Below are positions 11,404 to 23,945 of a stretch of 64,000 nt of DNA, in pieces; the stretch's first letter is position 1; each line of letters begins with the position of its first letter. This DNA comes from Octopus sinensis (Eukaryota). The DNA lies in contig NC_043010.1 of NCBI RefSeq assembly GCF_006345805.1, positions 7,006,001 through 7,070,000 of the forward strand, read 5' to 3'. The translations under genes were made by a program, and so were the position numbers. The notes beneath the pieces were generated by a model. The model was given only the letters and a program-made list of their open reading frames with translations. It made no database searches and was not told the DNA's origin.

Positions 11404-11640
11404 TTATAAGTATTAATTAATAATTTAAATAATTTTTCAAATTTTAACTTTAAATTTAAATAATTTAAATTTTGAATTTTATATTTTATATATTTTGTAT
11501 ATCATATTAATTAATTTAATTTCTATGTATTGGTTTATGTTTTTCACTGTTTGATTTGCCTAATAGTGGTTTTATCTCTAATTTAATGTATGTATGTATG
11601 TATATATATGTTTCCTGTGACACATGTTAACTTTCTATTC

Positions 11641-11880
11641 GAAGATGGAACTAGTAACTTCTTTTATCTTTTACTGGGGATATTCCTTGATCCTTCAACA
11701 ATGGAACTATGAACTGCTAATATCTTTCACTAAAGATTTCCTTAATTCTCTGATCATAAAAGTGCTAACCACTATTATCTTTCACTAAGTATGTTCTTTA
11801 ATTCTTCGATGAACTGGTAACTACTAATATCATTCATTAAAAACATTCCTTAAATCTTTCTCTCCAAAGATGGAATAGTT
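11641..11880. repeat. Degenerate ~55-bp minisatellite, about 4.5 units
   Basis: ATG(G)AACT...TATCTTTCACTAA...TTCCTTAATTCT units start near 11645, 11701, 11756, 11809 and 11870. Confidence 0.7.
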
Positions 11881-11951
11881 AGTTTAAGTGGAAATCTTTG
11901 CTCAATGATGTATGATCCGCATGCTCAGCTATTCTTGAGAGATGAACAAGT

Positions 11952-11989
11952 GCGAGTCTGCTGCCCTAACCACTGGGCCATTGCGCCTC

Positions 11990-11992
<3 letters not shown>
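11952..11992 (-). mobile_element. SINE family C head fragment
   Basis: GAGTCTGCTGCCCTAACCACTGGGCCATTGCGCCTCCAC. Confidence 0.8.
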
Positions 11993-12020
<28 letters not shown>

Positions 12021-12498
12021 GCACATGCACACACACATATATGCATATACACATGTCTATAATAAACATTATGTCTCTCATTCTCCATCATTTTTAACAT
12101 TGATCTCATCATGCTTACACATGTGGTTGGGTCTTTCAAACATCACATATACACATTCATATAATTTATTTTTCACTCAAAGAGAAGACCTTTTGTTACC
12201 AAAAGAGATAATAATTCCTAGATATTCCTCCAACCCATTCTTACTCTGGTCCCTAGACATTTGGAACATCCACTTCCACTGATAACACAAGGGGACATTT
12301 TCGAAAAAATTTTTAGTTATCATGCTTTTTACAATTAGTCCAACCTAATTTGAAGGTGCTAAGTTCAGAAGTGCCCTCAGAAATTTTCTTTCACATCAAG
12401 GTTTTTTCGTTAAACAAAAATTCATTTACATTATTTACATTTGACGGATATTTGTCCTCATCTTGTTTGTTGCCAACACAACCACCACGCCATATGCC

Positions 12499-12572
12499 CA
12501 TGGGCGTATGGCACGGTGGTTAAGAGTGCGGGCTACTAACCCCAAGATTCTGAGTTTGATTTCAGGCAATGA

Positions 12573-12611
<39 letters not shown>

Positions 12612-12800
12612 CAACAGCATCGAAAATACCTTAGAAATGAGAATCTCGGTTTGAAATTTCTCCAAGACACCCGATGAAGGTTGGAGGGTATATCAGCTGA
12701 AACAATGTGTAAGCAACAAACAAGATGAGGACAAATATCCATCAAATGTAAATAATGTACAGAATTCCTCATCTCTTAAATATAGAACTGAAAAATTCAT
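12499..12800 (+). mobile_element. tRNA-headed, hammerhead-bearing non-autonomous retroelement, copy 2
   Basis: Collinear with 71-393; nested inside the Chapaev3-like fossil; preceded by inverted fragments of its own tail and head (12436-12500). Confidence 0.85.
12667..12710 (+). ncRNA. Minimal hammerhead motif, decayed
   Basis: ACAC-CCGATGA-A-GGTTG-gagggtatat-CAGCT-GAAAC-AAT-GTGT. Confidence 0.65.
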
Positions 12801-13744
12801 TTTTTACCATGAAATATTCTTTTTGCCATTAAAGGCAATAAGAAACTAATGCAAATCAATTAGTACTTTTTGTTGTTTAACAAATATATTACAAAACTAT
12901 GCTTAATTGCACAACTTAGGATTGACATTTCTGTCAAACTGGAGTTTCAGCTGCTCAAGGAGTGAACTTTGTCTTTGCTTCTTTGCATGATACCAGTTGC
13001 TTTGCAGATACCAACAATAGTTGGCTACCATGCTTTTGTATTCCATCTGTCTTGATGCCTAGTCTCCGTGGTCTTGATTCCTTGGTGGAATCTTTCTCTG
13101 TTGCTCATCACTTATTGCAGCAAGATTTTCATGAAAATAATCCTGACAACTGTGCAGGGAATGCACTTTTACACTCGTGTTGCAAAACTAAAAAAAAAAC
13201 TGGTTAACAGGTTCTGCACAAATTCTTCATAATTCGAAGACTTCCTGTTTCTCAGGAAATCAGACACAACCACTGCAAAAGTATTCCATGCTTCTTTTTC
13301 AATGACAGACATAGTCTCCAAAAACATTTCATTCCGCAATAACCACCTAATCTGTGACCTGTCAAACACACTGGCCTTATTTTGCTCACAAGGCAAAGCT
13401 GGAAACTTTTTACTTAAGTACTTACAACAGTCACCATTCTAATCCATGGCCTTCATAAATTCCCTCATCAGCCCAAGCTTGACATGTAATAGGGGAAGTA
13501 AAACCTGCATGAGATTAACTAGTAGCCTATTTAAAACATTCTTCTCTCCAATTTTGAACTTCTTTCTGTCTGGTCATGTCTTTTGTATCCATTGGTCACT
13601 TTTTGAACAACTGTCCCAAGGAACAATCCAATGACTTCTGACCCAAGTACCCATATATAATCAAGACATACCCCTCATACTGCATCTTTTCAAGCAATAT
13701 TTTCATACCGTTACAGTTTCCTTTAGCATTAGAGAATGTCCAAC

Positions 13745-13990
13745 CAGCATAGAAACAAATGTGGTCGAGACAATGGAATTTACCATGCTACGCCAGACTT
13801 CACGGTCCATCATGGCATTACGGAAGTCCTGTTGCTGGATGCCTGTATCCCTGGAGATTACATCAGGGTAGGAGAGTGTGCGCCCTCTGGTATTGTGAGT
13901 AGATGGCTTCCAGAGGAGAAGAGTAGAAATTACCTCTTTTTCAGCTCTACAACAATGTCCAGCAAACTGGACTCTCTTACCTTTCACCTG
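13745..13990 (-). mobile_element. RTE-clade LINE 3' fragment
   Basis: ORF 13703..14050 has RVQFAGHCCR...LLLWKP...GR...DTG...AMMDREVWR, typical of the RTE ORF C-terminus; it interrupts the Chapaev transposase. Confidence 0.75.
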
Positions 13991-14202
13991 TGTCATCTCT
14001 TGTGAAAGGTAAGAAACAAACACATTGTGACTATGCAGCAGAACACGCAAACGACTGGCTTTTGAGCTGTGTATGCAAAGCTTCCAGTCTTCTGGATTGT
14101 ATTTTCATCCCATGGTAACCATGAGACTTTTAACATCATTCTCTCGATACCTATAAAAGGCAAATTTGGTTCCCAAAGTGATCTGGAAAACTGATTGACA
14201 TC

Positions 14203-14590
14203 ATCTTTATATATAAAATTGAAGCTGTGTGTCTGTCTCCTCCGATTTAGATTCCTAACTACTCCCACATTTTGCGGTGCAGTGTAACCAAATTCGGGTA
14301 TCTTATATCGGGCCCTTCTGGGTATTAGCGCGCGTCTACGATGAGTCTATGATTTAAAAAAAAATTTACCATCAGTTTTTCTCATTTTTAATGCATTTTT
14401 GGCATATATAAGGGAAGTAACTCTCTAAAAATGTCTACGGTGAGTCAACGATTTAAAAAAAAATTTACCATAGTTTTTTTTCCATTTTTAATGCATTTTT
14501 TTTGCTACTTTTTGGCTATAACTCTCTAAAAATGCTTATACAGTTATTTCCCTTACAAACCCGAGCAACGCTGGGTGATACTGCTAATAT
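14203..14590 (+). mobile_element. Helentron-type non-autonomous element (HINE/DINE-like)
   Basis: 5' ATCTTTATATATAAAA followed by TGTCTGTC; 3' hairpin ACCCGAGCAACGCTGGGT then CTGCTA(A)TAT; second copy at 36835-37234. Confidence 0.75.
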
Positions 14591-15318
14591 ACTATAAAAG
14601 GCAACTTTTGATAAATCTAGACCACAAACTAAATCTTTTAACCTGTATGAAACGTTTTGTCAAAGCTTCTTATCCCTCATGGTTCTTGTCTTCCAGGTTA
14701 CCACACTCCATCTCTGCATTCTTATCATCAATGTCATCAACAAAGGACATGAACCCTGGTGGTGTCAGATCATCCAAGTGGGATACAGGTCGAATACCTG
14801 AATCCAGAATTGGATAAATGATGTGACACATAGACTTAGAATTGAAACCAGATATATCAATCATGGAAGAATAACGGTCATCATGATGATTTTGTGGTTC
14901 CCTCCACTCCATGGCAATGCCAAAGCTTTGGTGATTTCTTTGGCCCTTCGCCCACTGTCTTGCTGTTTCAACACTCATTTTACACACTATAGGGGTGGGG
15001 GTTGCCCAGGCTTTGTCTTGCAAAAGTAAGTCAGGTAAGCTTTCTTCACAAATTTGTGATTTTGTTTTACAGCCTAGGTGAGAAAAAAAATGTAAAATCC
15101 ACAAATATAGCCGAAAACAGCAGGGCTGTTTTAGCATTTTCTTCCCACAACTGGCCATATTTCTGAAATACAAAACATATATTCAAGCCAGTCATTACCT
15201 GTGAAAAGCATTTTCAGAATTGTCAACAGTTATAAAGTAAGCAAATGCAGATTTGTGATGGCAAGCTTCCATAAAGCGCATACATACCATGAAGTTCTTT
15301 TTACAGTTCTTTGACGAT

Positions 15319-15651
15319 GCATCTTGGGCAAGTGTCTTCTACTATAGCCTCGGGCCGACCAAAGCCTTGTGAGTGGATTTGGTAGACGGAAACTGAAAGA
15401 AGCCCGTCGTATATATGTATATATATATATGTGTGTGTGTTAGTGTGTCTGTGTTTGTCCTCCTAACATTGTTTGAAAACCGATGCTGGTGTGTTTACGT
15501 CCCCGTCACTTAGCGTTTCAGCAAAAGAGACCGATAGAATAAGTACTGGGCTAACAAAGAATAAGTCCCGGGGTGGATTTGCTCGACTAAAGGCGGTGCT
15601 CCAACATGGCCGCAGTCAAATGACTGAAACAAGTAAAAGAGTAAAGAGTAA
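15319..15651 (+). mobile_element. SINE family A, 5'-truncated
   Basis: Starts at GCATCTTGGGCAAG; tail intact. Confidence 0.9.
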
Positions 15652-16189
15652 ATCATAACCTTTGTTTTCACTTTTGTAGTTGTATTTACTTTAAATGACA
15701 TAGAAAAACTATGTTTTCAAAGTTCTGTCAAGATCCATAGATGGGTCAGCATTTGATGAAACCAAATCTATCCTTTAAAATGGCAAACAATACAAGGAAT
15801 ATTGATAAATGGATATTTGAGTTTGCGAAAATGCTTGATGTGAAAGAGCACAAATGATTTCAGTTTTGAAATTAGCACCCCACAGAATTACTAGAAAACA
15901 TGTCTCCAACACCAGGCAGCAAAAGCCATGTTCCTAGTGTAATTAAGTCACCTAGTTAACAAAAGCAATTAGCTACTTTTATAGCCCTATCAGGAATTTG
16001 AGAGAATATATTTTTCTTATAGTCTTAGTATTAATTTCTTGAAAATGTATCATATAAAATGTCTGCTTTCTCTGTTAGCTTGCATTTATAATCTTACAAT
16101 AATTCTGTCTATTTCTCCATTACTTAGCCTGTTTCTAATGTTTCCAGGTGATTAGTTGAAGGGGGAGGGAGAGGTGGTGGCGAGTGAAA

Positions 16190-16602
16190 TACTCTTACTC
16201 TTTTACTCTTTTCAGTCATATGACTGCGGCCATGCTGGAGCACCGCCTTTAGTCGAGCAAATCGACCCCGGGACTTATTCTTTGTAAGCCCAGTACTTAT
16301 TCTATTGGTCTCTTTTGCCGAACCGCTAAGTGACGTGGACGTAAACACACCAGCATCGGTTGTCAAGCAATGCTAGGGGGATAAACACAGACACACAAAC
16401 ATACACACACATACATACATATATATATATACATATATACGACAGGCTTCTTTCAGTTTCCATCTACCAAATCCACTCACAAGGCATTGGTCGGCCCGCG
16501 GCTCTAGCAGAAGACACTTGCCCAAGATGTCACGCAGTGGAACTGAACACGGAACCATGTGGCTGGTTAGCAAGCTACTTACCACACAGCCACTTCTGCG
16601 CC
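16190..16602 (-). mobile_element. SINE family A
   Basis: Reverse-complement match to family A. Confidence 0.92.
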
Positions 16603-17216
16603 TAAAATGTGCATTTTTTTTTTTTAACTAAGTTTTTTTGCTCTGTTACTTAGCCCATCTGCAACACTTTCACGTAATTAGTAGAAGGGAAAAGCAAAGT
16701 GCGAAAGAAAGATCAGGAGAAAAAAGAGGGTAAGGCAAAGAGTGAGAGGGGAAGGGGGAGAGTGTTGTGTATTCAGTCTATGAAACTGTGCATAGAGGAA
16801 TCACCGTATTCCAATTTCCATCACTTTTGAATGACACAGACACAACACAGGCTATGCTTTCAGGTTTTTTTGGATAACATTTTCAGAAATAACACAATGA
16901 GCTTACCCTTGATTCCATAAAATATTCAGGGGTCCCACTAGTTTCAATAAATCTCTTGTGCAGCTATAGTTTTTACTGGGTTTGCTATATGGAGTCCTTC
17001 CTAATTGCTTTTCTATATTGTAAGAAAAAACCATTTTAATGACAGTGTCAGAGTATTGTCTACTCTCCTACTTACTAATAATTGAGTTTTTGGCAAGTTT
17101 TGTTATAGGCTTCTTATTTCTGGGTTTTATTTCCAAGTTTGAAATTTCTTCTCTACTTCTACTACAAATTCGACTATAAAAATTTATAAAATTTTGTAAT
17201 CAGCATATATATATAT

Positions 17217-17440
17217 ATGTGACCGCGTGTGTACCGGTCAAAATGTGACCGCGTGTGTACCGTTGGTGATGTTTTTCCCTCTGTCTTCTCTTCTCTGGAT
17301 CTTTCCTTCTCCTATGTTTCCGACAAAGAGCTCTGCTCGAAACGTTAAACCCTCCTTCTTTCCTGAGCGTCCAATAATACTATATTTGTTCCACGTCCTC
17401 GCGTTGTTGTGTTTTTTTGTGTTTTCTTGTTTGGATTAAC
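17217..17440 (+). mobile_element. Penelope-like hammerhead element family P1, copy 2
   Basis: Flanked by (TA)n on both sides; 20-bp direct repeat ATGTGACCGCGTGTGTACCG at 17217 and 17243; decayed hammerhead GTTT-CCGACAA-A-GAGCtctGCTC-GAAAC-GTT-AAAC at 17316-17350. Confidence 0.8.
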
Positions 17441-18375
17441 TATATATATATATATATATATAGGGAGAGAGATGAAAATCGTACTGTTTACAAATGCATT
17501 TGAGAGTTATTTTATAAATTGTATCTTAACCGAAACAAACAATGTAAGTTTCATAAGCTTAATTATTGGTATAGATGAGGGTGGTTTCAAGAAAGATATT
17601 ATGATCCCGAGCCATCACTCAGCTACATTGTCAAAGGCAATAACACAACATCTGCAAACTACATCTGAAAAATGAGTGTCAGCAGCATCAATTACAGCAT
17701 CAAATGGATGATCCTACGAAGATCCAGGCCATATGTGAATGGATAAAAAAAAATGTTATTGCTGTTTAGAAGAAAGTACATGCATTCTGCTAAAGTCAAG
17801 AGCCACAACAGATGTTTAAACTTCAGAACTGAGATTTCCCTAGATGTATCTACAAAAGCAAGTTTTGTTTCACCACTTGGAAAATAAATTTTGTACAAGA
17901 ATGATTTCATGATAATTCTCCCTATGTATAACACAAATTTTTGACAAACCTATGATTTGCAATTTTGGGCATTATAACAAACCATCATTTGTATAAGCCA
18001 ATACGCTTTGATATTGCAGCCCACTCAACAATATACACACATCGCCATCAATAAACATAAACATTTAAATCACAAATACAATAAGCTTTAAAGAATGCCA
18101 CTTTCTCTATTTGAGAAAATTTTTTACTTAGTTCAGGATATAAACTGAATTGCTTATAATTCAAGGGATACAACTTTTGTTTTAAAATATTGAGTTACTG
18201 CCCTTCCAGATGAAACAAACATTCACACTCAACACTTTTTGTAAAATATCTTATACTACCAGTAGCCAATTTGAAGACAAATCTGAAAATTGCTGAAATA
18301 TGATGGCAACATTTTGAACCAAGTTAAGTTATATTAAGCCAGACATGAATCTTAAGATGTCTGTCTCAATTAAGG

Positions 18376-18405
<30 letters not shown>

Positions 18406-18406
<1 letters not shown>

Positions 18407-18633
18407 CTCTTTTACACTTTTACTCTTTTACTTGTTTCAGTCATTTGACTGCGGCCATGCTGGAGCACTGCCTTTAGTTGAGCAAATTGACCCCGGGACT
18501 TATTCTTTGTAAGCCCAGTACTTATTCTATCGGTCTCTTTTGCCGAACCGCTAAGTGACGGGGACGTAAACACACCAGCATCGGTTGTCAAGCAATGCTA
18601 GGGGGACAAACACAGACACACAAACACATACAT

Positions 18634-18675
<42 letters not shown>

Positions 18676-18837
18676 GACAGGCTTCTTTCAGTTTCCGTCT
18701 TCCAAATCCACTCATAAGGCATTGGTCGGCCCGGGGCTATAGCAGAAGACACTTGCCCAAGATGCCACGCAGTGGGACTGAACCCGGAACCATGTGGTTG
18801 GTTAGCAAGCTACTTACCACACAGCCACTCCTGCCCC
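18406..18837 (-). mobile_element. SINE family A
   Basis: Reverse-complement match to family A. Confidence 0.92.
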
Positions 18838-19039
18838 TATATATATATAAATGATATATAGTTATGTGGATGCTTATATATATGTAAGTGTGTGTATGAT
18901 GTGTTTGTTTGTTTGTACCTTTGTCTAGATAACACATAATGATTTTAAATTAGCATCATCATCATCATCATCATGTGTAGTTTATTTCCAGTCCTCCTTG
19001 AAAAATATGTCTAGCTGTGGGAAAATATTACTTTGCTTG

Positions 19040-19159
19040 GAAACAGGTGAGTGTTGGCAACAGGAAGGGCATCCAGTTGTAGAAAATCTGCCTCAACAAA
19101 TTCCTTCTGACCCATGCTAGTGAGAAGTAGATGTTGATGATGATGGTGATGATGATGAA

Positions 19160-19207
<48 letters not shown>
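19040..19207 (+). mobile_element. Diverged SINE family D tail with (GAT)n
   Basis: GTTGGCAACAGGAAGGGCATCCAG...CCCATGCTAG...(GAT)n. Confidence 0.6.
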
Positions 19208-19959
19208 ATATCATATTGGATTATATTATATCATGTATTATATTACCAATGCATGTTTATTTCTGAATTTACCTTGTTTATGGCTAGACTAAAGACAGTT
19301 CTGTCTGCTCTATACTATCCCCATATATTTGGAGTTTTTTCATTCCAGCACAATTTGAATGGAATTCTGGTTGGTTGAAAGCATAATAGAAGAGTAAAAT
19401 AAGAAAGAACAAATGTGATGGGGGCAAGAATGTGGTTAGCCGTAGACATACAGGCAACAGTACTGAGTATGTTGGATGAATTTTATCATGGCTGGAACAT
19501 TGGAGAGAGTGTCATTTTTCCAGAAAAACTGAAGAAACTTCTCTACTCTACATTGACTTTATTGTTTCATTCACCAGCTCTAGATAATTTTCATATCCTT
19601 GTGAAGACAAAAGACATTCTTCCCCACTCTGCATTCATTTTGATTATTTCCTACACACCTGTGTTGGAAGAGAGCCAGAGTAAGAGAGTGATCGTAGCAA
19701 AATGGTGATGAAAAAGTGGGAGTAAGAGAACTGGAAGAAATAATGAAGCAATAGTAGGCAGCTACATGATGGTTGATGGTAAAAGTATTGAATAGAAGGA
19801 TCATGACTGAGGGGGTGATGACAGAGTGGATGGACCAGAGAAGGAGAGACAAGTTAAGGAAATGAACGAAAGTAATTGGAGTGAAAGGGAGATAAAATAC
19901 AATGTTTAGAAATAGAGAATGGTAGACTGTTACAGTTTTGCTACCGAGGAACATAAATA

Positions 19960-21191
19960 TTAGGTTGTCAAGAAAGTTCTTTCGCTTTTTAACCTTTAAA
20001 TTCAGATGTACATATCTCGGCTCAAACAAAACTTTATTAATCAAAATAAACACCATCAGAATCAACACACTTTTGCCAACATGAAGCAAATTTATTTTTG
20101 CCAGTAGCATAAAAATCCTGCATTCTGGTGGCAATGAAGTCGTTGAAGGTGTGTTTGGCATCGTCTTGGTTTTTGAAGCATTTCTCACACAGGAAGTTGT
20201 TGAGATGCTTGAAAAAGTGGTAGTCGGTAGGCAAGAGGTCTGGTGAGTATGGTGGATGAGGCAGAGTTTTGTAGCCCAATTTGTTCAACTTCTGCAGGGT
20301 CAGATGTACAACATGCGGCCAAGCATTGCCGTGGAGAAGAATTGGTCCTTTTCTATTGACCAATGCTGGCTGTTGTTGTCAGAGTTTCTTATGCATTTCA
20401 TCCATTTACTGACAGTACTTGTCTGCCATAATGGTTTTGCCTGGATCCAAAAAGCTGTGATGGATGAAACCAGTTGCAGACCACTAAACACTCACCATGA
20501 CCTTCTTTTGGTGCAACTTTGGCTTTGGGAAGTGCCATGGAGCTTCGTCAGTGTCCAACCAATGACTTGAGCATCATCGATGTCGTAAAGAATCCACTTT
20601 GCATCACAAGTCACAATCTGGTCGAGAAGATGACACTTCAAAACAGTGTTTTTTTTTGGCCATCATTCAATTCATGCGGCACCCATTTCTCAAGTATTTT
20701 TGCTTTTCCAATCTCTTTCAAGTGGTTGGAAATTGTCGTATACATTACGTCTAATTCAGAAGCAAGCTCTCGAACAGTTGTGTGTGGATTGGCTTCCACT
20801 AAGGCTCTTAGTTGATTGTTGTCAACATCCGATGGTTGACCACTACACTTATCATCTTCAAGACTCTCATCACAGCTACGAAATTTCTTGAACCACCATT
20901 GTGCTGTATGTTCATTAGTGGTTCCTGGGCCAAACACATCATTGATATTGCGAGCTGTTTGGGCAGCTTTTCGGCCTAGCTTGAACTGGAATAAGAAAAT
21001 TGTGCAAATTTGCTTTTTGTCCATGTCGTATTCAACGCCCTGGAAAAATTGCCTAATTATTCAAAAAGAAAAAGAGTAAACGGGCTTTAAAATGATACAT
21101 AAAGTCAAAGTATCTTAACGGAAATTAATTTGAAAATGCATCATTTAAAATCAAAATTAAAAATTTCGCAAGAACTTTCTTGACAACCTAA
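19960..21191 (-). mobile_element. Full-length inactive mariner (DD34D, Hsmar1/cecropia-like) transposon
   Basis: 22-bp identical TIR TTAGGTTGTCAAGAAAGTTCTT; TA TSD at 19958-59 and 21192-93; WVPHEL, IVTCD and YSPDL motifs across ORFs 20638..21024 and 20037..20363; stops and frameshifts; HDN changed to HGN. Confidence 0.95.
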
Positions 21192-21302
21192 TACTACCAG
21201 AGAATGTTATGGTTTCTTTGACTAATGCTGTAGTACTCTTTTCTTCTTCTGTTATCTATATAATCATCATACCGTACTAAGTACATATATATATATATAT
21301 AT

Positions 21303-21700
21303 CTCTTTTACTCTTTTACTTGTTTCAGTCATTTGACTGCGCCCATGCTGGAGCACTGCCTTTAGTCGAGCAAATCGACCCCGGGACTTATTCTTTGTAA
21401 GCCCAGTACTTATTCTATCGGTCTCTTTTGCTGAACCGCTAAGTGACGGGGACGTAAACACACCAGCATTGGTTGTCAAGCAATGCTAGGGGGACAAACA
21501 CACACACACAAACACACACATACACATATATATACATACATATATACGACAGGCTTCTTTCAGTTTCCGTCTACCAAATCCACTCACAAGGCATTGGTCG
21601 ACCCGAGGCTATAGTAGAAGACACTTGCCCAAGGTGCCACGCAGTGGGACTGAAGCCAGAACCATGTGGTTGGTAAACAAACTACTTACCACACAGCCAC
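21303..21700 (-). mobile_element. SINE family A
   Basis: Reverse-complement match to family A. Confidence 0.9.
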
Positions 21701-22149
21701 ATGTATGTATGTATCTATCTATCTATCTATTTGTATGCATATGATGGGCTTCTACACAATTTCTCTCTACCAAATTCACTCACAAGACATTGATCAGCCT
21801 GGGACAGTAGTTGAAGAAACTTGCCCAAGGTACAGCGCAGATTGTTCGAAATCAAAACCACATAGTTGGGAGCAAATCCTTATAAACACTCCGCCTTGCT
21901 TGCACCAAGATTAAAATATTTTTAAGTACCTTTGATTAACAGACATTTTAATTAGAATTACATTTTAACAAAATACTGCTGTTAAACCTATATATTAAAC
22001 ATATATTGAGTTATGTCACCGAAACCTCTAGCAAATGTCAAATAGTCCTGTTATGACCACATTCTTTTGTTCCATCTAGCCATAACGGTAATGTAAGTTA
22101 AATCAGTTACAAATGAAATACTATATAATGAAATCAAATATGAAATCAT

Positions 22150-22560
22150 GGCACAGGAGTGGCTGTGTGTTAAGTAGCTTGCTAACCAGCCACATGGTTC
22201 TGGGTTCAATCCCACTGCATGGCATCTTGGGCAAATGTCTTCTGCTATAGCCCCGGGCCGACCAATGCCTTGTGAGTAGATTTGGTAGACGGAAACTGAA
22301 AGAAGCCTGTCGTATACATGTATATATATATGTATGTGTATGAATATGTTTGTGTGACTGTGTTTGTCCCTCTAGCATTGCTTGACAACCGATGCTGGTG
22401 TGTTTACGTCCCCGTCACTTAGCGGTTCGGCAAAAGAGACCGATAGAATAAGTACTGGGCTTACAAAGAATAAGTCCCGGGGTCGATTTGCTCGACTAAA
22501 GGCGGTGCTCCAGCATGGCCGCAGTCAAATGACTGAAACAAGAAAAAGAGTAAAGAGAGT
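22150..22560 (+). mobile_element. SINE family A
   Basis: Full match to family A. Confidence 0.92.
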
Positions 22561-22901
22561 AGGTTAGGTGTGAGAGGCTGGATATGGCCAGTTTGAATGT
22601 AAAACATGTAGGATATTTGGACTGTTTCGGTTAAGATACAATTTATAAAATAACTCACAAAAAAGATCAAAGAGTTAAAGACCGATGGAAAGCCACTGAG
22701 CATTTTGCCTGGCATGCTAGCGATGCTACCAGGTCACCTCTTTGCATGATCATTTAATAATACCAAAAATATATCATCAATTTTGTTATATTTCGGAATG
22801 GTCATTTTGCCAGTTTAACCAATAAAAACACATGCACAATATATTTGGTGTTACTTTGCCTCAGTGTTATTTATTTTTTACATTAATCTTAATCTTATTT
22901 C

Positions 22902-22946
22902 GGCCAGAGTTCTTTCGTCACACTCCTGTGACCTCATCAGTGGTCC
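22902..22946 (-). ncRNA. Minimal hammerhead motif, core intact
   Basis: GGaCCA-CTGATGA-G-GTCAC-aggagt-GTGAC-GAA-AG-aa-CT-C-TGGCC; CUC triplet. Confidence 0.75.
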
Positions 22947-23479
22947 TTTGCTTTCTTCTTTCTTATTTGTGTCTCTCCTTACTAACCGTCAGCCATTTTG
23001 TATTTCTATTGTATGTGTCTTCATTTGCGCATGCTTATATTTCTATGTGCGTCTATGTTTATTTAGTGTTCTCAAAGAAAGGGAATGATATAACAGGATA
23101 AAATACGTTTTGACAATAACCACCTTTGGTTCTGAATGTACTCTTGGTTTTTTTTCTGTGAAGTGTATTCAGAAACATACATTTCTATAAGCTATTTAAC
23201 CAGTCAAGTATTGCTTGCTTTATCACAAATAATGATAATGATGCCGATGGTGATGGTGATGATGACAACGACATAATTTTACCTCATATTTCTGTTGTGA
23301 CTTATTTTTAATGAAGTGATAACGCATCGTAATATTCTTTATTGTCTGTATCTATAGCCAAATTGATATAATGCATGAAATAATTATCAGTATTTAATAA
23401 GTAGCAGGTTTATCTATCTACCTTCTATTTCTTCAAATTCACACACATACAAACATAATATTACATATATGAGTATACA

Positions 23480-23494
23480 TGTTTGTTTGTGTGT

Positions 23495-23529
<35 letters not shown>

Positions 23530-23651
23530 CATATAAATAATATATATATGAATGTGCGTGTGTGTATATGTGTGTGTGTATATATATATATACATATATA
23601 TATATATAATATATATATATATACATACATACATATATATATATATGTATA

Positions 23652-23701
<50 letters not shown>

Positions 23702-23836
23702 TATTATATACATACACAAATATATTTATACATGTTACATGTATATATGTATTTATATTTATATGGAAATTTTTGTGTATGTTTGTATATAGGTACATAT
23801 ATGTACCAATATATATATATATACACACATGTAAAT

Positions 23837-23897
<61 letters not shown>

Positions 23898-23945
23898 CAC
23901 ATACTCATGTAAATACAAATATATATATATATATATACACACACC
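23480..23945. repeat. (TA)n-dominated mosaic microsatellite
   Basis: Seen directly. Confidence 0.95.

Larger units (their letters stand above)
12277..15939 (-). mobile_element. Chapaev3-like (CMC/EnSpm group) DNA transposon fossil with nested insertions
   Basis: CACTG and CACTA ends; shared subterminal TCTTTCACATCAAG inverted at 12387-12400 and 15834-15847. Minus-strand transposase relics: FGIAMEWREPQNHHDD, KYNPEDWKL, LHVKLGLM, EAWNTFAVVVSDFL, SDEQ/RFHQ. Confidence 0.75.
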
